64,000 nt of DNA from an uncultured Coxiellaceae bacterium (GCA_964597435.1 CAZQXH010000007.1:1-64000), one strand, 5' to 3'. Positions 37,683 through 48,313 are shown, numbered from the stretch's first letter. The notes: generated by a model not told the origin, from the sequence alone. A program made the numbers and translations.

Positions 37683-39361
37683 AAGTTTGGCCCTAAACTG
37701 AATTCAAAAGATAAAGGATGCCCAGATTTATCTAATGCACGTGCCACGTAAACCTTAATGGGCCCAATCACGGAATCATATACGACACCCACGCCATTGC
37801 CGCGATAAATAGGGTTCGCAAAATGATCGGAGGCAGCACCCGCATCATAAAACACAGCGCCATACCAATTTTGATACACCTGATGTTGATATTCTAAACT
37901 GGCCGTCGTGAGATAGCGACCCGGACCAATACCACTATCGGGATAGCCGCGCACGCTATTTACGCCACCCGCAAAATAACGCATCGTTAAGGGTAAATCT
38001 TTTAAATCATGCACAACGGTATAACCGATTTGCGTGCGCATGACAAAACGACTGGGTTTCCAAGGATTTAGTAACCCTTGCACAGCCACATCACCTTGCA
38101 AAAAGCGTGTGGATGAAAATAAATATTCTGATGCGCCTTGTAAATTCGTGTGCACAGAAATACCTTGATGCGGATTAATGAAATCATCCGCTTTGCGCCA
38201 GGTTAAACCCAGATGCGGGTATAACAATTCGCTGCGCTCATCTTGAAAACCCGTGACTTTATAATCTTCAACCAAGTAATTTAAATCCGTATTCACTTCA
38301 ATATCGTGCCACTTGGTTTGATAACCGCCCGTTAAAACCCGCGAGGTACTGTGACCATTTTTCGGTTCAAATTTTTGATAATTGGCGCCAATCGACCAGG
38401 TATCAATGAGTGGGCGACTGCCGGGAATTAAATATTTAACCGCCAAACCTTTTAAGACGGAAGACCATTTTAATTGCGCTTCTAATTGATGACCTCGGTT
38501 ATTCAATTGCCGTAAATTTAAACCCGCCGTAATACGCGGGCCCGTAAAGGTTCCGTAACCCAATCCAAATAAGTAGCGTTTGGCTTTCGGTGGTGTCACT
38601 TGCATTTCAACCGGTACGCGATAATCCCCTGTCTCATTAAAATGGGGGACCGCAATGGCTTGTTGAAAAAAACGACTACTGGCTAATGCTTGTTGCAATG
38701 TAATTAATTCAGTACTGGAAAACGGCGTGTTTTCATCCACGTTGATTAAACTATGTAAAAAACGCGAATTATAGCGACTACCTTTAAACGTGAAACGTCC
38801 AAAATAGTAACGCTCGCCCGTTGCTAATTGTAAAATGATTTGTGCTTGGTTCGTATTGCGATTAATCAATATCGCATTTTTAACCATCCAGGCTTTTATG
38901 TAGCCTTCATTATTCACGACTTGAAAAAGTTTTTCTTTTGCATCCGCATATTGTTCGGCATTAAAAACCATGCCCGCTTGCAAGGGAAAAGCTTGTTTAA
39001 ACGCTAATAGGCGCGGATTATTGCGACCTGGGCCTTCAACTTGCACGGATACTTCCGTGATGCGCACTGGCGCACCCAGGGTGATCCAAAAATCAGCCTG
39101 GTCTTTTATTAATTTCGAGTGCACTTTTGGAGCCAAGTAACCAAAGGGAGCCAAGGCAGTTTTAATGGCCTCGGGAGCGGTTTGCATAAACGCTTGAATG
39201 GCAGCTGGCTGTTTCGCATCACCCAACTGCAATTGCAATTGGCGCGTCACATTTTCTTTCATTTCATCGTTTAAGCCATGCACCACCAACGTTACAGCGT
39301 GCGCCATTGTGAGCGTGCTTAGCAATAAAATACTGGATAATGTTAACAATACTTTTCGCAC
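37679..39361 (-). CDS. tamA: Omp85-family outer membrane protein TamA (POTRA domains plus a 16-strand barrel).
   Basis: Signal peptide, POTRA-like N-terminus, and a C-terminal barrel ending ...FSLGPNF. Confidence 0.75.
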   Translation of the reverse strand: MRKVLLTLSSILLLSTLTMAHAVTLVVHGLNDEMKENVTRQLQLQLGDAKQPAAIQAFMQTAPEAIKTALAPFGYLAPKVHSKLIKDQADFWITLGAPVRITEVSVQVEGPGRNNPRLLAFKQAFPLQAGMVFNAEQYADAKEKLFQVVNNEGYIKAWMVKNAILINRNTNQAQIILQLATGERYYFGRFTFKGSRYNSRFLHSLINVDENTPFSSTELITLQQALASSRFFQQAIAVPHFNETGDYRVPVEMQVTPPKAKRYLFGLGYGTFTGPRITAGLNLRQLNNRGHQLEAQLKWSSVLKGLAVKYLIPGSRPLIDTWSIGANYQKFEPKNGHSTSRVLTGGYQTKWHDIEVNTDLNYLVEDYKVTGFQDERSELLYPHLGLTWRKADDFINPHQGISVHTNLQGASEYLFSSTRFLQGDVAVQGLLNPWKPSRFVMRTQIGYTVVHDLKDLPLTMRYFAGGVNSVRGYPDSGIGPGRYLTTASLEYQHQVYQNWYGAVFYDAGAASDHFANPIYRGNGVGVVYDSVIGPIKVYVARALDKSGHPLSFEFSLGPNF

Positions 39362-39371
39362 GCTATTCCCC

Positions 39372-41381
39372 TTACCGTCTGCTGACTTCTAATACTTGCG
39401 CAATTTGACGCAAACGTTGCATGGCATGTTCGAGTTGTTCGCGATTAGCAATTTGTACGGTTAAATAAACCATATTAATACTAGCTTCACTCGTTGGGAA
39501 GATTTGCACACCCACGACCGTGATTTTATCACCCGCTAATAAAATGGTGATATCGCGTATTAAGCCGGGTTCATCTTGTACTTTTAGCTGTAAATCCGCG
39601 GGATAACTGCCAACGTCGCGCTCGCCCCAATTCACTGACAATAACCGCTTTTGGTGCTGTTCGCTCATGTTACGAATATTATTGCAGGAATTGCGGTGCA
39701 CCGTAATGCCGCGTTGTCTTGAGATATAACCAATAATACCATCACCTGGCAAGGGCTTACAGCATTGCGCGATGTGTGTTAACACATTATTGACGCCTAA
39801 AATTTGAATGTCCGCCGGCCGCACCGTTTGCTGACCCAAGGTTTCAATGAGCGGCTCGGGGATGATTGGCTGGGCCGTTGGCTCAACCGGTTTTGAGGCC
39901 GGCTTCGTTTCCGTAGGCGTGACACTGTCATGTACCCTAAACCAATGCTGAACTTTGGCACGCGCCCGTGGCGTATGCAAATAACCGGCATGCACACTTA
40001 ACCAATCGCGACTCGGTTGCGCCTGTTTTGCCGTCAAAATTTCAATGCGCTCACCGGTTTTTAATTGATAGGTTAAAGGCACAATATTGCCATCCACTTT
40101 TGCACCACGACAACGATGGCCGAGTTCACTGTGAATTTGATAAGCAAAATCCAGCGGTGTTGCGCCTTTTGGTAAATCTAAAATATCGCCTTGCGGCGTA
40201 AAGGCATAAACACGATCTGCAAATAAATCTTGTGCGCTGGTTTCTTTTTCAGCCTCATCACTGACTTCACGCTGCCACGCCATTAACTGTCTTAATAACG
40301 CAATTTTTGCTTCATAGTGCGTTGTTTGCAAAATCCCTTCTTTATAGCGCCAGTGCGCTGCAACGCCTAATTCGCTTTCTTGATGCATTTCACTGGTGCG
40401 GATCTGCACTTCAATTAAGTGTTGGTTTGGTCCTAAAATGACCGTGTGAATGGAGCGATAACCGTTGGGTTTGGGATTTGCAATATAATCATCAAATTCA
40501 CTCGGCACCATTTCCCAAGCATTATGCAATAATGATAATACGCGATAGCATTCTTCAATGTTCGGCAAAATAACCCGCACCGCGGTCATGTCGTAAATTT
40601 TATTTAACGGTAAATTTTTACGCTGCATTTTTTTATAAATGCTGTAAATGTGTTTTACGCGACCGCTAATTTCGTATTGCGCCACTTGCGCACTATCTAA
40701 TTCTTTTTTTAATAAGTCGAGAAACTGATTAATATAGGCTTCACGTTCATCACGACGTGCGCTTAATGATTTGGCAATGTCAGTATATTCTTCGGCATGT
40801 AAATACCGTAAACACCAATCTTCCATTTCCCACTTGATCGACCAAACCCCTAATCGATTGGCAAGCGGCGCATAAAGGTGCAAGGTTTCACTCGCAAAAG
40901 CAGTTTGTTCCGCTTTTTCCGCAGTCCGGTAATTGCGTAGTTCGTATAAACGTTCGGCTAAAATCAAAATAACGGAACGCACATCGGTCACCATCGCGAG
41001 CAATAATTTGCGACGGTTTTCGATTTGTTGCGATTTCGCCGTGCCTTTTTGCTTGATGCGATTTAACGATTGCATGGACAAGGTATCGCGCAATAAACGT
41101 CGCACGGTTTCGCCGTAATGCTGCGTTATTTCATCTAGCGTGATGGTTTCTGCTTGCAGCAAAGGATAAAGTAAGGCAGCCGCAATGGTTTCAGTGTCGA
41201 AACTCAAACGCAGTAAAATATCCGCAATGGATTGGGCTTTTAATAAAATCGCTTCATCACCGAAGGTTTCGTGCCATTGAAAGGCTAACGTGAGCGGCGC
41301 TAAATCTTCAGCCGGTCGCTCCCTTGCCAGGGACGCTAACCACTCTTTAGGCGGTTTTAATTCGTTATAACGCTTATGCAT
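39372..41381 (-). CDS. relA: GTP pyrophosphokinase RelA ((p)ppGpp synthetase I).
   Basis: RelA/SpoT synthetase domain, TGS and ACT domains, and no HD hydrolase motif. The start was moved to the ATG at 41381 (MHKRYNEL), which has GAGG upstream. Confidence 0.85.
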   Translation of the reverse strand: MHKRYNELKPPKEWLASLARERPAEDLAPLTLAFQWHETFGDEAILLKAQSIADILLRLSFDTETIAAALLYPLLQAETITLDEITQHYGETVRRLLRDTLSMQSLNRIKQKGTAKSQQIENRRKLLLAMVTDVRSVILILAERLYELRNYRTAEKAEQTAFASETLHLYAPLANRLGVWSIKWEMEDWCLRYLHAEEYTDIAKSLSARRDEREAYINQFLDLLKKELDSAQVAQYEISGRVKHIYSIYKKMQRKNLPLNKIYDMTAVRVILPNIEECYRVLSLLHNAWEMVPSEFDDYIANPKPNGYRSIHTVILGPNQHLIEVQIRTSEMHQESELGVAAHWRYKEGILQTTHYEAKIALLRQLMAWQREVSDEAEKETSAQDLFADRVYAFTPQGDILDLPKGATPLDFAYQIHSELGHRCRGAKVDGNIVPLTYQLKTGERIEILTAKQAQPSRDWLSVHAGYLHTPRARAKVQHWFRVHDSVTPTETKPASKPVEPTAQPIIPEPLIETLGQQTVRPADIQILGVNNVLTHIAQCCKPLPGDGIIGYISRQRGITVHRNSCNNIRNMSEQHQKRLLSVNWGERDVGSYPADLQLKVQDEPGLIRDITILLAGDKITVVGVQIFPTSEASINMVYLTVQIANREQLEHAMQRLRQIAQVLEVSRR

Positions 41382-41468
41382 AATCGCCTCTCGTTTTTTT
41401 TGCGCGAACGTGACAGTTCTCTCTTCACCCGATATCATAGCTCATATTCAGTCTAAATCGGAGAAATC

Positions 41469-42455
41469 ATGACTCATTTCGGCCAATTTCCGACAATTCG
41501 CCCCCGTCGTTTACGTTACAATGCAAAAATACGCAATTTTATCCGTGAAACAGAACTTAGGGTGGACGATTTAGTGGCGCCGCTTTTTATTCGCCACGGT
41601 CAAAATGTGCGCAACCCGATTAAATCCATGCCGGGACACTTTCAGCTGAGCGTTGATCAATTGTCGGCCGAGCTAGATGCATTGGCTGCCTTAGGCTTAA
41701 GGCAAGTATTGCTATTTGGTATTCCAGAGCAAAAAGATGCTGAGGGTTCAGATAGCTATGCAGAGACCGGTATTATTCAACGTGCTATCGCGAGCATTAA
41801 AGCAAGTCATCCTGATTTTCTGATTATTTCTGATGTGTGTTTTTGTGAATATACTGATCATGGCCATTGCGGTATTTGGCAGGACGATACTGTGCATAAT
41901 GATGCAACGCTTGAAATATTGGGTAAACAAGCGGTGAGTCATGCTAAAGCGGGCGCAGATATTATTGCCCCCAGTGGAAACATGGATGGCATGGTGGGCG
42001 CGATTCGTAAAGCGCTGGATGCCGCTGGTTTTCATGAGCTGCCAATTTTAAGCTATGCCGTTAAGTATGCGAGCAGTCTTTACGGGCCTTTCCGTGAAGC
42101 GGCGGAAGGCGCACCAAAACAAGGCGATAGAAAAAGTTATCAGATGGACCCCGCCAATGCGTTTGAAGCATTGCGTGAATGTGCACTGGATGTCGCGGAA
42201 GGCGCTGATATGTTAATGGTCAAACCGGCGCATGCCTACTTAGATATTTTGCATCAAGTCAAACAAGCTTATCCTGCTTTGCCGCTGGGTGCCTATCATA
42301 CCAGTGGTGAGTTTGCGATGTTAAAAGCCGCCGCTGCCAATGGCTGGCTGGATGAGAGGGCGGCTACGCTTGAAGTGTTAACGGGTATTCGACGGGCGGG
42401 AGCGGACTTTATTATTACGTATTGCGCAAAAGACGTGGCGGGATGGTTACGCTAA
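41469..42455 (+). CDS. hemB: Porphobilinogen synthase (delta-aminolevulinic acid dehydratase).
   Basis: Full-length HemB-like protein of 328 aa with active-site lysines in conserved context. Confidence 0.9.
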   Translation: MTHFGQFPTIRPRRLRYNAKIRNFIRETELRVDDLVAPLFIRHGQNVRNPIKSMPGHFQLSVDQLSAELDALAALGLRQVLLFGIPEQKDAEGSDSYAETGIIQRAIASIKASHPDFLIISDVCFCEYTDHGHCGIWQDDTVHNDATLEILGKQAVSHAKAGADIIAPSGNMDGMVGAIRKALDAAGFHELPILSYAVKYASSLYGPFREAAEGAPKQGDRKSYQMDPANAFEALRECALDVAEGADMLMVKPAHAYLDILHQVKQAYPALPLGAYHTSGEFAMLKAAAANGWLDERAATLEVLTGIRRAGADFIITYCAKDVAGWLR

Positions 42456-42471
42456 TACTATATAGGAATGA

Positions 42472-42537
42472 GGGCGCCTTGTTTAATACGGCGCCCCTTA
42501 TTATCCCCGGCCCTTCTCCCATGACGGGAAGGGGGCC
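42472..42537. repeat. Two GC-rich hairpins after hemB: GGGCGCC...GGCGCCC and GGCCCTTCTCCC...GGGAAGGGGGCC.
   Basis: Read from the sequence. Confidence 0.45.
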
Positions 42538-42543
42538 TTTAAA

Positions 42544-44058
42544 TCAGCGCTTATGACTACCGAGGGGTCGCAACGTCATGGTTGAGGATGAATGTTGAAT
42601 ACCACCAAAAGAACCCGTTAAGGTTAGGCTTGAGTTGGTTCTTGGCATGACTTTCGAACCGCGGCTGACAGGTTGCAATACACAGGCTTTTGTTGGATCT
42701 TGTATATTAAAATCACTACACGTCGCGACAAAATTATTGATTCGCTCAAACAATGTCAGCGCCTCATTAAATACAGTCGGTAATTTATTTTTGTAAGGAC
42801 GCGGGCCAAACAAACCCCTTCGATCTTCTTTAAACTTAAACACGGAAAAATCTTTTTTCGCTTTTAACTTATCAAGACTCTCTTGAACTTGTACTTGCAA
42901 TTGCCCAACGCTATTGGCATTGGTTAAAGGAGCGGCTAAGCTTGCGCGCAAATTTGCAATCAAGACACTGATGCTAAGAATTATCGCTGCTTTGTCCGTA
43001 TTATTTTTATAATGCTCTTTTAATTTAGGCAAAGTTAAATGTAATCTCGCTAATGACTCTTGAAAATCTCGCAAACGAATTAAACCAAATAACTTTTCCA
43101 AGTCACCCGCATTCAGCAAAGGACGATAAAAAACCGGTTGCTCTAAGGGAGATAGCCGCTGAATTACCGGTAACTTCTCTAAACGTGCTTGAATACTTGT
43201 AAACTCAGCCAAGAGTTCTTGTTTGAAAGGATCGGTAAAATATGGGTCTTCTTTGCGTGCTATTTCTTCCTTTTCCGCCAGCGCAGCAAACGTTTGCTTA
43301 AACACTGCAAAATGGGGTACATAAGTCTGATTTTGTTCAGAATGCTTTTTGTAACGAGGCATGTCATAGGAGCAGGTGCCATAATTTTTTCGCTCGAGGT
43401 CTTGCATAAACAGCAATAAATCTTTTGGTAATTCAGTTTGTAAGATTGAAGAAAATTGCAATAGTTTATTATTTAATGCGACCAATATGGCCTTCGTTGC
43501 AAAATAGTTATTCTCATCATGCAACAGTTTCATAACTTGTAACCACAGCGTATAAACACGGATGCGCTCAGCATGCGTGTGTTTAGATAAAATGTCGAGA
43601 TGAACTAAATCTGTTAAGTTACTGAAAATTTTCACGCAATTTTGATGGGAAATAGGTGCTTCTTTTATAATGCGACTATTATCCTTATCGTCATAGGTAA
43701 GCGTTGTTGTATCGTCAATTTTATCCAGTTGGGCCAGCGCTTCTCGACTAACCGCATGGCATCTGTCAACCACCATACGTATACCGGTCTTATAACGGTG
43801 TCCGGCTTGCTCCTTCGTTTTAATATCTTTCGCTTGCTCCATGAGCTCTTGCATTTTACGGACGGGCTCCATCCACTGATTTAACACTTCCATTAAATCT
43901 AAAAAGGTCAAAGGCGTACTCGGTGTAACCGATGCGGGTGTTGTTAAAAGCCCATGCAACGTTAATTGTGGTTCAGTGATTGTTTCTCTCGGTAAAGTTT
44001 CATCGCGCTGCATGTGTCTTCTCGTTTGGGCTTTTTTTGGACGAGCATTGTACAACAA
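42544..44058 (-). CDS. Hypothetical protein (504 aa), effector-like, with a possible Cdc25/RasGEF-like motif (NYFATKAILVALNNKLL).
   Basis: ORF only. The motif resemblance is weak. Confidence 0.45.
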   Translation of the reverse strand: MLYNARPKKAQTRRHMQRDETLPRETITEPQLTLHGLLTTPASVTPSTPLTFLDLMEVLNQWMEPVRKMQELMEQAKDIKTKEQAGHRYKTGIRMVVDRCHAVSREALAQLDKIDDTTTLTYDDKDNSRIIKEAPISHQNCVKIFSNLTDLVHLDILSKHTHAERIRVYTLWLQVMKLLHDENNYFATKAILVALNNKLLQFSSILQTELPKDLLLFMQDLERKNYGTCSYDMPRYKKHSEQNQTYVPHFAVFKQTFAALAEKEEIARKEDPYFTDPFKQELLAEFTSIQARLEKLPVIQRLSPLEQPVFYRPLLNAGDLEKLFGLIRLRDFQESLARLHLTLPKLKEHYKNNTDKAAIILSISVLIANLRASLAAPLTNANSVGQLQVQVQESLDKLKAKKDFSVFKFKEDRRGLFGPRPYKNKLPTVFNEALTLFERINNFVATCSDFNIQDPTKACVLQPVSRGSKVMPRTNSSLTLTGSFGGIQHSSSTMTLRPLGSHKR

Positions 44059-44090
44059 AACGGCGAAGATAGATTAAATTTGTCTTAAAT

Positions 44091-46457
44091 CTATGACGAA
44101 CGAGATAGACGAAGTGCCGAGGGCCCCATGGCATCGGCCGCACCGGAAACGGACGGCGGAGTAGTCACCACACCATTATCTCGTGGCAGAAACGCGGTCA
44201 TGCCGCGGGATAACGAGTTGCGCCTTGCAATGACAGGCTCTTGCGAGTTAGTTAATCCTTGTTTAGGATTTATCGATAAGCGATTGAAAATTTCGCTGGT
44301 TTTCCTCGGCTGCAGCTTATTTACCTGCGCTTTTCGATGCGATGCGACGCAGCGCTCAACACCAATGAACCCGAACACTCCAAAACCTGCAAAAATAGTC
44401 GCGCCAATGACAGCAAAGACAAACGGGGCCGCGCCAAAAGTGACTGGCGCAAAAAACATACCTAACAGGAACCCAAGCGTTGCGCCTGCCACAGCACCAC
44501 TGCCGCCACTGACCAATTCACGCCAATAGCGTTGCAAAAATGACGGTTGTTTTTTAACGTTATCCGAAGCGGCAACCGGTTTAGGTTTAACCGGTCTCGT
44601 TGCGAGCGTTACTCGCTCTACTTCTTCCACTTGCTGTTTTAACGTTCGTTTTGGCTCCGGCAAGGCGACTACCGCTCTCGGTGGCTCACATTTTTTTCTA
44701 ATTTTTTCCAACGACTGTTGCGCTTTGGCAAATTCAGCTTGCATTGGATCAACGGGTAATTCTCTTATTAGATCGAGCTGAAAGGATTGGCCTTGTACCT
44801 GCTGCAGCAAATTGACTAACCGCGCCAAGTAATGCTTTTTAAGCCGCTCAAAATCGTTCCCGGCTGTTTCAAAAGCAGCCTCTTTTTCTTTATTTAATCG
44901 GCGTTCATAATTTTCAAACAACAGCGCATATTGATCTAAAGCGTCTTGCAAGCGTTTGGCGTATTTTTCGCAAAATATTCCACTTTCCAAAAATTCATTG
45001 GCCAATTTCTGCAATGGAGAAATCACGCCATTAATATAATCCAATGCTTTGATAGTTTGAATATACTGAACATCACTCGCAAGACTGGGTAAAAATAACG
45101 AAAATAATTTTTCCAATTCTGTTTTTACGCCGGACCATAAACGATAATATTGAGAACCCAATAGAGTAAATTGATTATCTGCTTCGCGTATAAATAATTC
45201 GCGGGCTTTTTCTAATTCAATGTAATATTGCGAAATAGGATAGGCATACAATATATCTTCAATTTTTTGCAAACCAACGCTAGTGGTATCCTTACAATAT
45301 GCTGCAATCACCTCTTGGCCTTTTTGCGCTTCAATTTGCGCACGCCTAATTTTCACCATTTCCTGTTTTAGTTGGTCTTTCAATTCACGTAAAGTGGCAT
45401 ATTCATTCCGGTTTACCACCTTAACAATTTGTAGTGCGGGCGATAAATGGTTGTCCCGCTTGCTAAGTTCTAAATCATGCATCGCATTCGTAACATTTTT
45501 TTCTACCACTAAGCGTTCTTTTAATAAATCCAACTCTAAATGCGTGCGCGCTGTCACCCGTGCGCTCCGCGCATTGACCAAGCTTTGCCATTCCTCTTGC
45601 CAAGATTCACTTTCATTTTGCAGTAACGCTTCTAAAGCGGTTAATTCTTTTTCATCAAACAAGCCATTCTTTGCTTTGAAATTGGCTTTTAATTGCGTAA
45701 TGCGCTGAGTGATGGTGACAAGCCGCTTGGAACTCGCAGCCAAGGCTGAATCCACCCCATTGCGTAAGGTCATACGCGCCAAGTGTTTATAAAAAGCAGC
45801 ATTCTCCAAATGAAACGTTTTCACATTTACATCGGCACGCTGACTCAATTTTTCTAAACTCTTCCAGATGTCTTCTTGTGCTGCTAAAAATTTATCTAAG
45901 TCCTGATTCAGTTCATTTTTATATGCAACAATCAGCGGGTGTTCGTGTACTTTAAATTCGCAACGACGTAAGTTGCTTAATTGGCTTTCAAATGCTAACA
46001 AGGTGGTATTGTCAGCGGGATTCTTGTAAGCAAAAGTCACTATACCCAACAAATAATTTCGTGCGATTTTTTCCGTTTTTTGACGTGCATCGTTAATTGC
46101 TTGTAATTGCGTCATCATCCAACGCAGCAAAGTCAGCGCTTTAAACAAACGTACACTTGCTTTTAACATGGCAAATTTAGCAGGACTTGCTTTTGCCTCT
46201 ATTAATCCGTGTGCCTTAAGCCAACTTTCTTCTGTTAATTGTTTTTCGTAATGATCAAATAAATCGATAATGATTTTTTGGTCTAAACGATCGGTCGCAA
46301 ATAATTCCAAGGCAATAAAATCCCAGAGAACTTGATAAATTTTGCCTGCAGCCTCTGGTTTGCTCGCATCAACATTAAAAGCGTTGGTTAGTACTTTATT
46401 AAATTGATGTAAAGAAGGATCGAGTAATTCGACACCGAGTGGTTTTCTATTTTCCAT
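44091..46457 (-). CDS. Hypothetical coiled-coil protein (about 788 aa) with a C-terminal glycine-zipper membrane segment.
   Basis: The ATG at 46457 (MENRKPL) is preferred; the track start at 46520 is a GTG. The C-terminus GGSGAVAGATLGFLLGMFFAPVTFGAAPFVFAVIGATIFAGFGVFGFIGV is rich in GxxxG motifs. Confidence 0.5.
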   Translation of the reverse strand: MENRKPLGVELLDPSLHQFNKVLTNAFNVDASKPEAAGKIYQVLWDFIALELFATDRLDQKIIIDLFDHYEKQLTEESWLKAHGLIEAKASPAKFAMLKASVRLFKALTLLRWMMTQLQAINDARQKTEKIARNYLLGIVTFAYKNPADNTTLLAFESQLSNLRRCEFKVHEHPLIVAYKNELNQDLDKFLAAQEDIWKSLEKLSQRADVNVKTFHLENAAFYKHLARMTLRNGVDSALAASSKRLVTITQRITQLKANFKAKNGLFDEKELTALEALLQNESESWQEEWQSLVNARSARVTARTHLELDLLKERLVVEKNVTNAMHDLELSKRDNHLSPALQIVKVVNRNEYATLRELKDQLKQEMVKIRRAQIEAQKGQEVIAAYCKDTTSVGLQKIEDILYAYPISQYYIELEKARELFIREADNQFTLLGSQYYRLWSGVKTELEKLFSLFLPSLASDVQYIQTIKALDYINGVISPLQKLANEFLESGIFCEKYAKRLQDALDQYALLFENYERRLNKEKEAAFETAGNDFERLKKHYLARLVNLLQQVQGQSFQLDLIRELPVDPMQAEFAKAQQSLEKIRKKCEPPRAVVALPEPKRTLKQQVEEVERVTLATRPVKPKPVAASDNVKKQPSFLQRYWRELVSGGSGAVAGATLGFLLGMFFAPVTFGAAPFVFAVIGATIFAGFGVFGFIGVERCVASHRKAQVNKLQPRKTSEIFNRLSINPKQGLTNSQEPVIARRNSLSRGMTAFLPRDNGVVTTPPSVSGAADAMGPSALRLSRSS

Positions 46458-46589
46458 ACAATATGATGACCCTTCTTTTAGTGGCGGTCTGTCTTTGCGA
46501 GGAGACGAAGCAAGCTTCACCCAAAACAGTGTATAGCAAGATTACGGTATTGCTTTAGGGTTCCTCGCAACGACGAATCGCCGCTCGCA

Positions 46590-47075
46590 TTAGTTAGCCA
46601 AACTTGCAAACAAAAACCAGACGCGTTGTTCGCCTTCATCAATATAATTTTCTAATAAACTTGTCGTCGCACAATCACCGCTATCTGCAGCAATCTCATG
46701 CGTTTTCCTAAGCGCAATGACAAACGCTTTATTATCTTCTAATAAATGCTGCAACATTTCATGAGTAGCGGTCGTGTGATTATCATCTTTTATACGCTGT
46801 AAATTCGCGACTTCACCAACAGAACGGAGCGTGATACCGCCTAACTTTCGCACCCTTTCCGCTAACACATCAACCATCGCAAATAGTTGGGTCGCCTGCT
46901 CATCAAACAGCAAATGATAATCCCGAAAATGCGGGCCAGTTACATGCCAATGAAAATTTTTTGTCTTAAGGTAAAGTGCAAACGAATCAGCGATCGTCTG
47001 GTTTAATGCTGCAACCAATGTTTCACGCACCGCCGACTTTAAATTACTCGGAGTTTTCAAACCAGCATCGCTCAT
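46590..47075 (-). CDS. dps: DNA protection during starvation protein (ferritin-like).
   Basis: The Dps ferroxidase residues HW...D...E are in context, and the size is 161 aa. Confidence 0.85.
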   Translation of the reverse strand: MSDAGLKTPSNLKSAVRETLVAALNQTIADSFALYLKTKNFHWHVTGPHFRDYHLLFDEQATQLFAMVDVLAERVRKLGGITLRSVGEVANLQRIKDDNHTTATHEMLQHLLEDNKAFVIALRKTHEIAADSGDCATTSLLENYIDEGEQRVWFLFASLAN

Positions 47076-47097
47076 ACGTTATCCTTCTTAAAATTAA

Positions 47098-47544
47098 TTA
47101 ACCCCCCGAGACATAGCGAGTTAAGGAAGAAATTTCTTCTTGTTGTTGTAACATTGCCCAACGCGTTAAGTCCCCAATGGATATAATACCGATTAGCTCC
47201 CCATTTAGCACTACGGGCAGATGGCGAATACGGTTTTCAGTGACCATTTGCATGGCTTGCCCCACCGTTGTATTAGGCAGCACCGTGACTAACTCCCGCG
47301 TCATAATGGCATTGACTGGAATTTCTTTCGGATCATGCCCTAATGCGACAATTTTGTACAAAATATCTCTCTCGCTAATTATTCCGAGTATTTTTTGATC
47401 TTCGATAACAAGAAGAGCGCCGACATGATGCTCTTTCATTTTTTGTGAACATTCAAAAACAGAAGTGAATGGCAGAACACTGCACACTAGATTACCTTTA
47501 TCACTTAATAACACGCTTAGAAATGTTTCCATAGCCCCTCCCAA
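47098..47544 (-). CDS. CBS-pair domain protein.
   Basis: Two CBS motifs in 148 aa. Confidence 0.7.
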   Translation of the reverse strand: MGGAMETFLSVLLSDKGNLVCSVLPFTSVFECSQKMKEHHVGALLVIEDQKILGIISERDILYKIVALGHDPKEIPVNAIMTRELVTVLPNTTVGQAMQMVTENRIRHLPVVLNGELIGIISIGDLTRWAMLQQQEEISSLTRYVSGG

Positions 47545-47594
47545 ATGCTGCGATGCAATATCTATAGTCTTATTTTAATTATAGAAGGTTCCCA

Positions 47595-47613
47595 TCTCCC
47601 GCGCGCGGGAGAG
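47595..47613. repeat. Palindromic hairpin TCTCCCGCG/CGCGGGAGA downstream of tdk.
   Basis: Read from the sequence. Confidence 0.45.
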
Positions 47614-47633
47614 GTTAGGCTTGAGGGAGCTTT

Positions 47634-48236
47634 TTAAGCGACTTTTGCGTGTGCATTAACCCCTGTGGCCGCTTTAAAATGGCTGCGGCATAACGAAGTA
47701 TAGGTATCATTACCCCCAATCTGCACTTGTGATCCCACCGTAGTCGGTTTACCCTCAGCGTCGATGCGCATGTTCATGATGGCTTTACGTCCGCAATGGC
47801 AAATCGTTTTGATTTCAACCAAATTATCCGCCAACACGAGTAAATATTGACTACCAGGAAACGGTTCACCGCGAAAATCGCTGCGCAATCCGTAAGCTAA
47901 AACGGGTAAATCCAGCTCATCAACAATATTAGTCAATTGCAATACTTGCTCTTTGGAAAGAAATTGCGCTTCATCCACTAATACACAACGCAAGTTCGGC
48001 GTTTGTGCCTGCACAGTTTGTGTGTGCTTAAATAAATCAAAATCATCACGAAACGAAACCGCGTTGGCCGACAAACCAATACGGGAGTGAATTGTTCCGG
48101 CAGCATAACGATCATCTAAAGCGGGAGTGAACAATAATGCCGCCATCCCACGTTCCTCATAATTGTATGCAGACTGCAATAAAACGGTACTTTTCCCAGC
48201 ATTCATTGCAGAATAATAAAAATAAAGTTTTGCCAT
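47634..48236 (-). CDS. tdk: Thymidine kinase.
   Basis: P-loop [10 protein letters not shown] and the C-terminal zinc-ribbon cysteines CHCGRKA...C. Confidence 0.9.
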   Translation of the reverse strand: MAKLYFYYSAMNAGKSTVLLQSAYNYEERGMAALLFTPALDDRYAAGTIHSRIGLSANAVSFRDDFDLFKHTQTVQAQTPNLRCVLVDEAQFLSKEQVLQLTNIVDELDLPVLAYGLRSDFRGEPFPGSQYLLVLADNLVEIKTICHCGRKAIMNMRIDAEGKPTTVGSQVQIGGNDTYTSLCRSHFKAATGVNAHAKVA

Positions 48237-48313
48237 ATCTTCCTCAAGCTAATACGATGGGGGGATCCAGCTTGAATTTAAACAAATTCTTTCCTAGAAT
48301 CGCAAGCGGAATA

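Noticed and set aside
41382-41438. Extended RelA N-terminus (MISGEERTVTFAQKKREAI) from the track ORF
   Set aside because: The downstream ATG at 41381 has a GAGG RBS, and RelA homologues begin near MHKRY. The extension is probably untranslated leader.
48137-48313. Extended N-terminus of the CX5R phosphatase overlapping tdk
   Set aside because: It overlaps the convergent tdk gene by 100 nt. The internal ATG at 48314 yields a conventional signal peptide.
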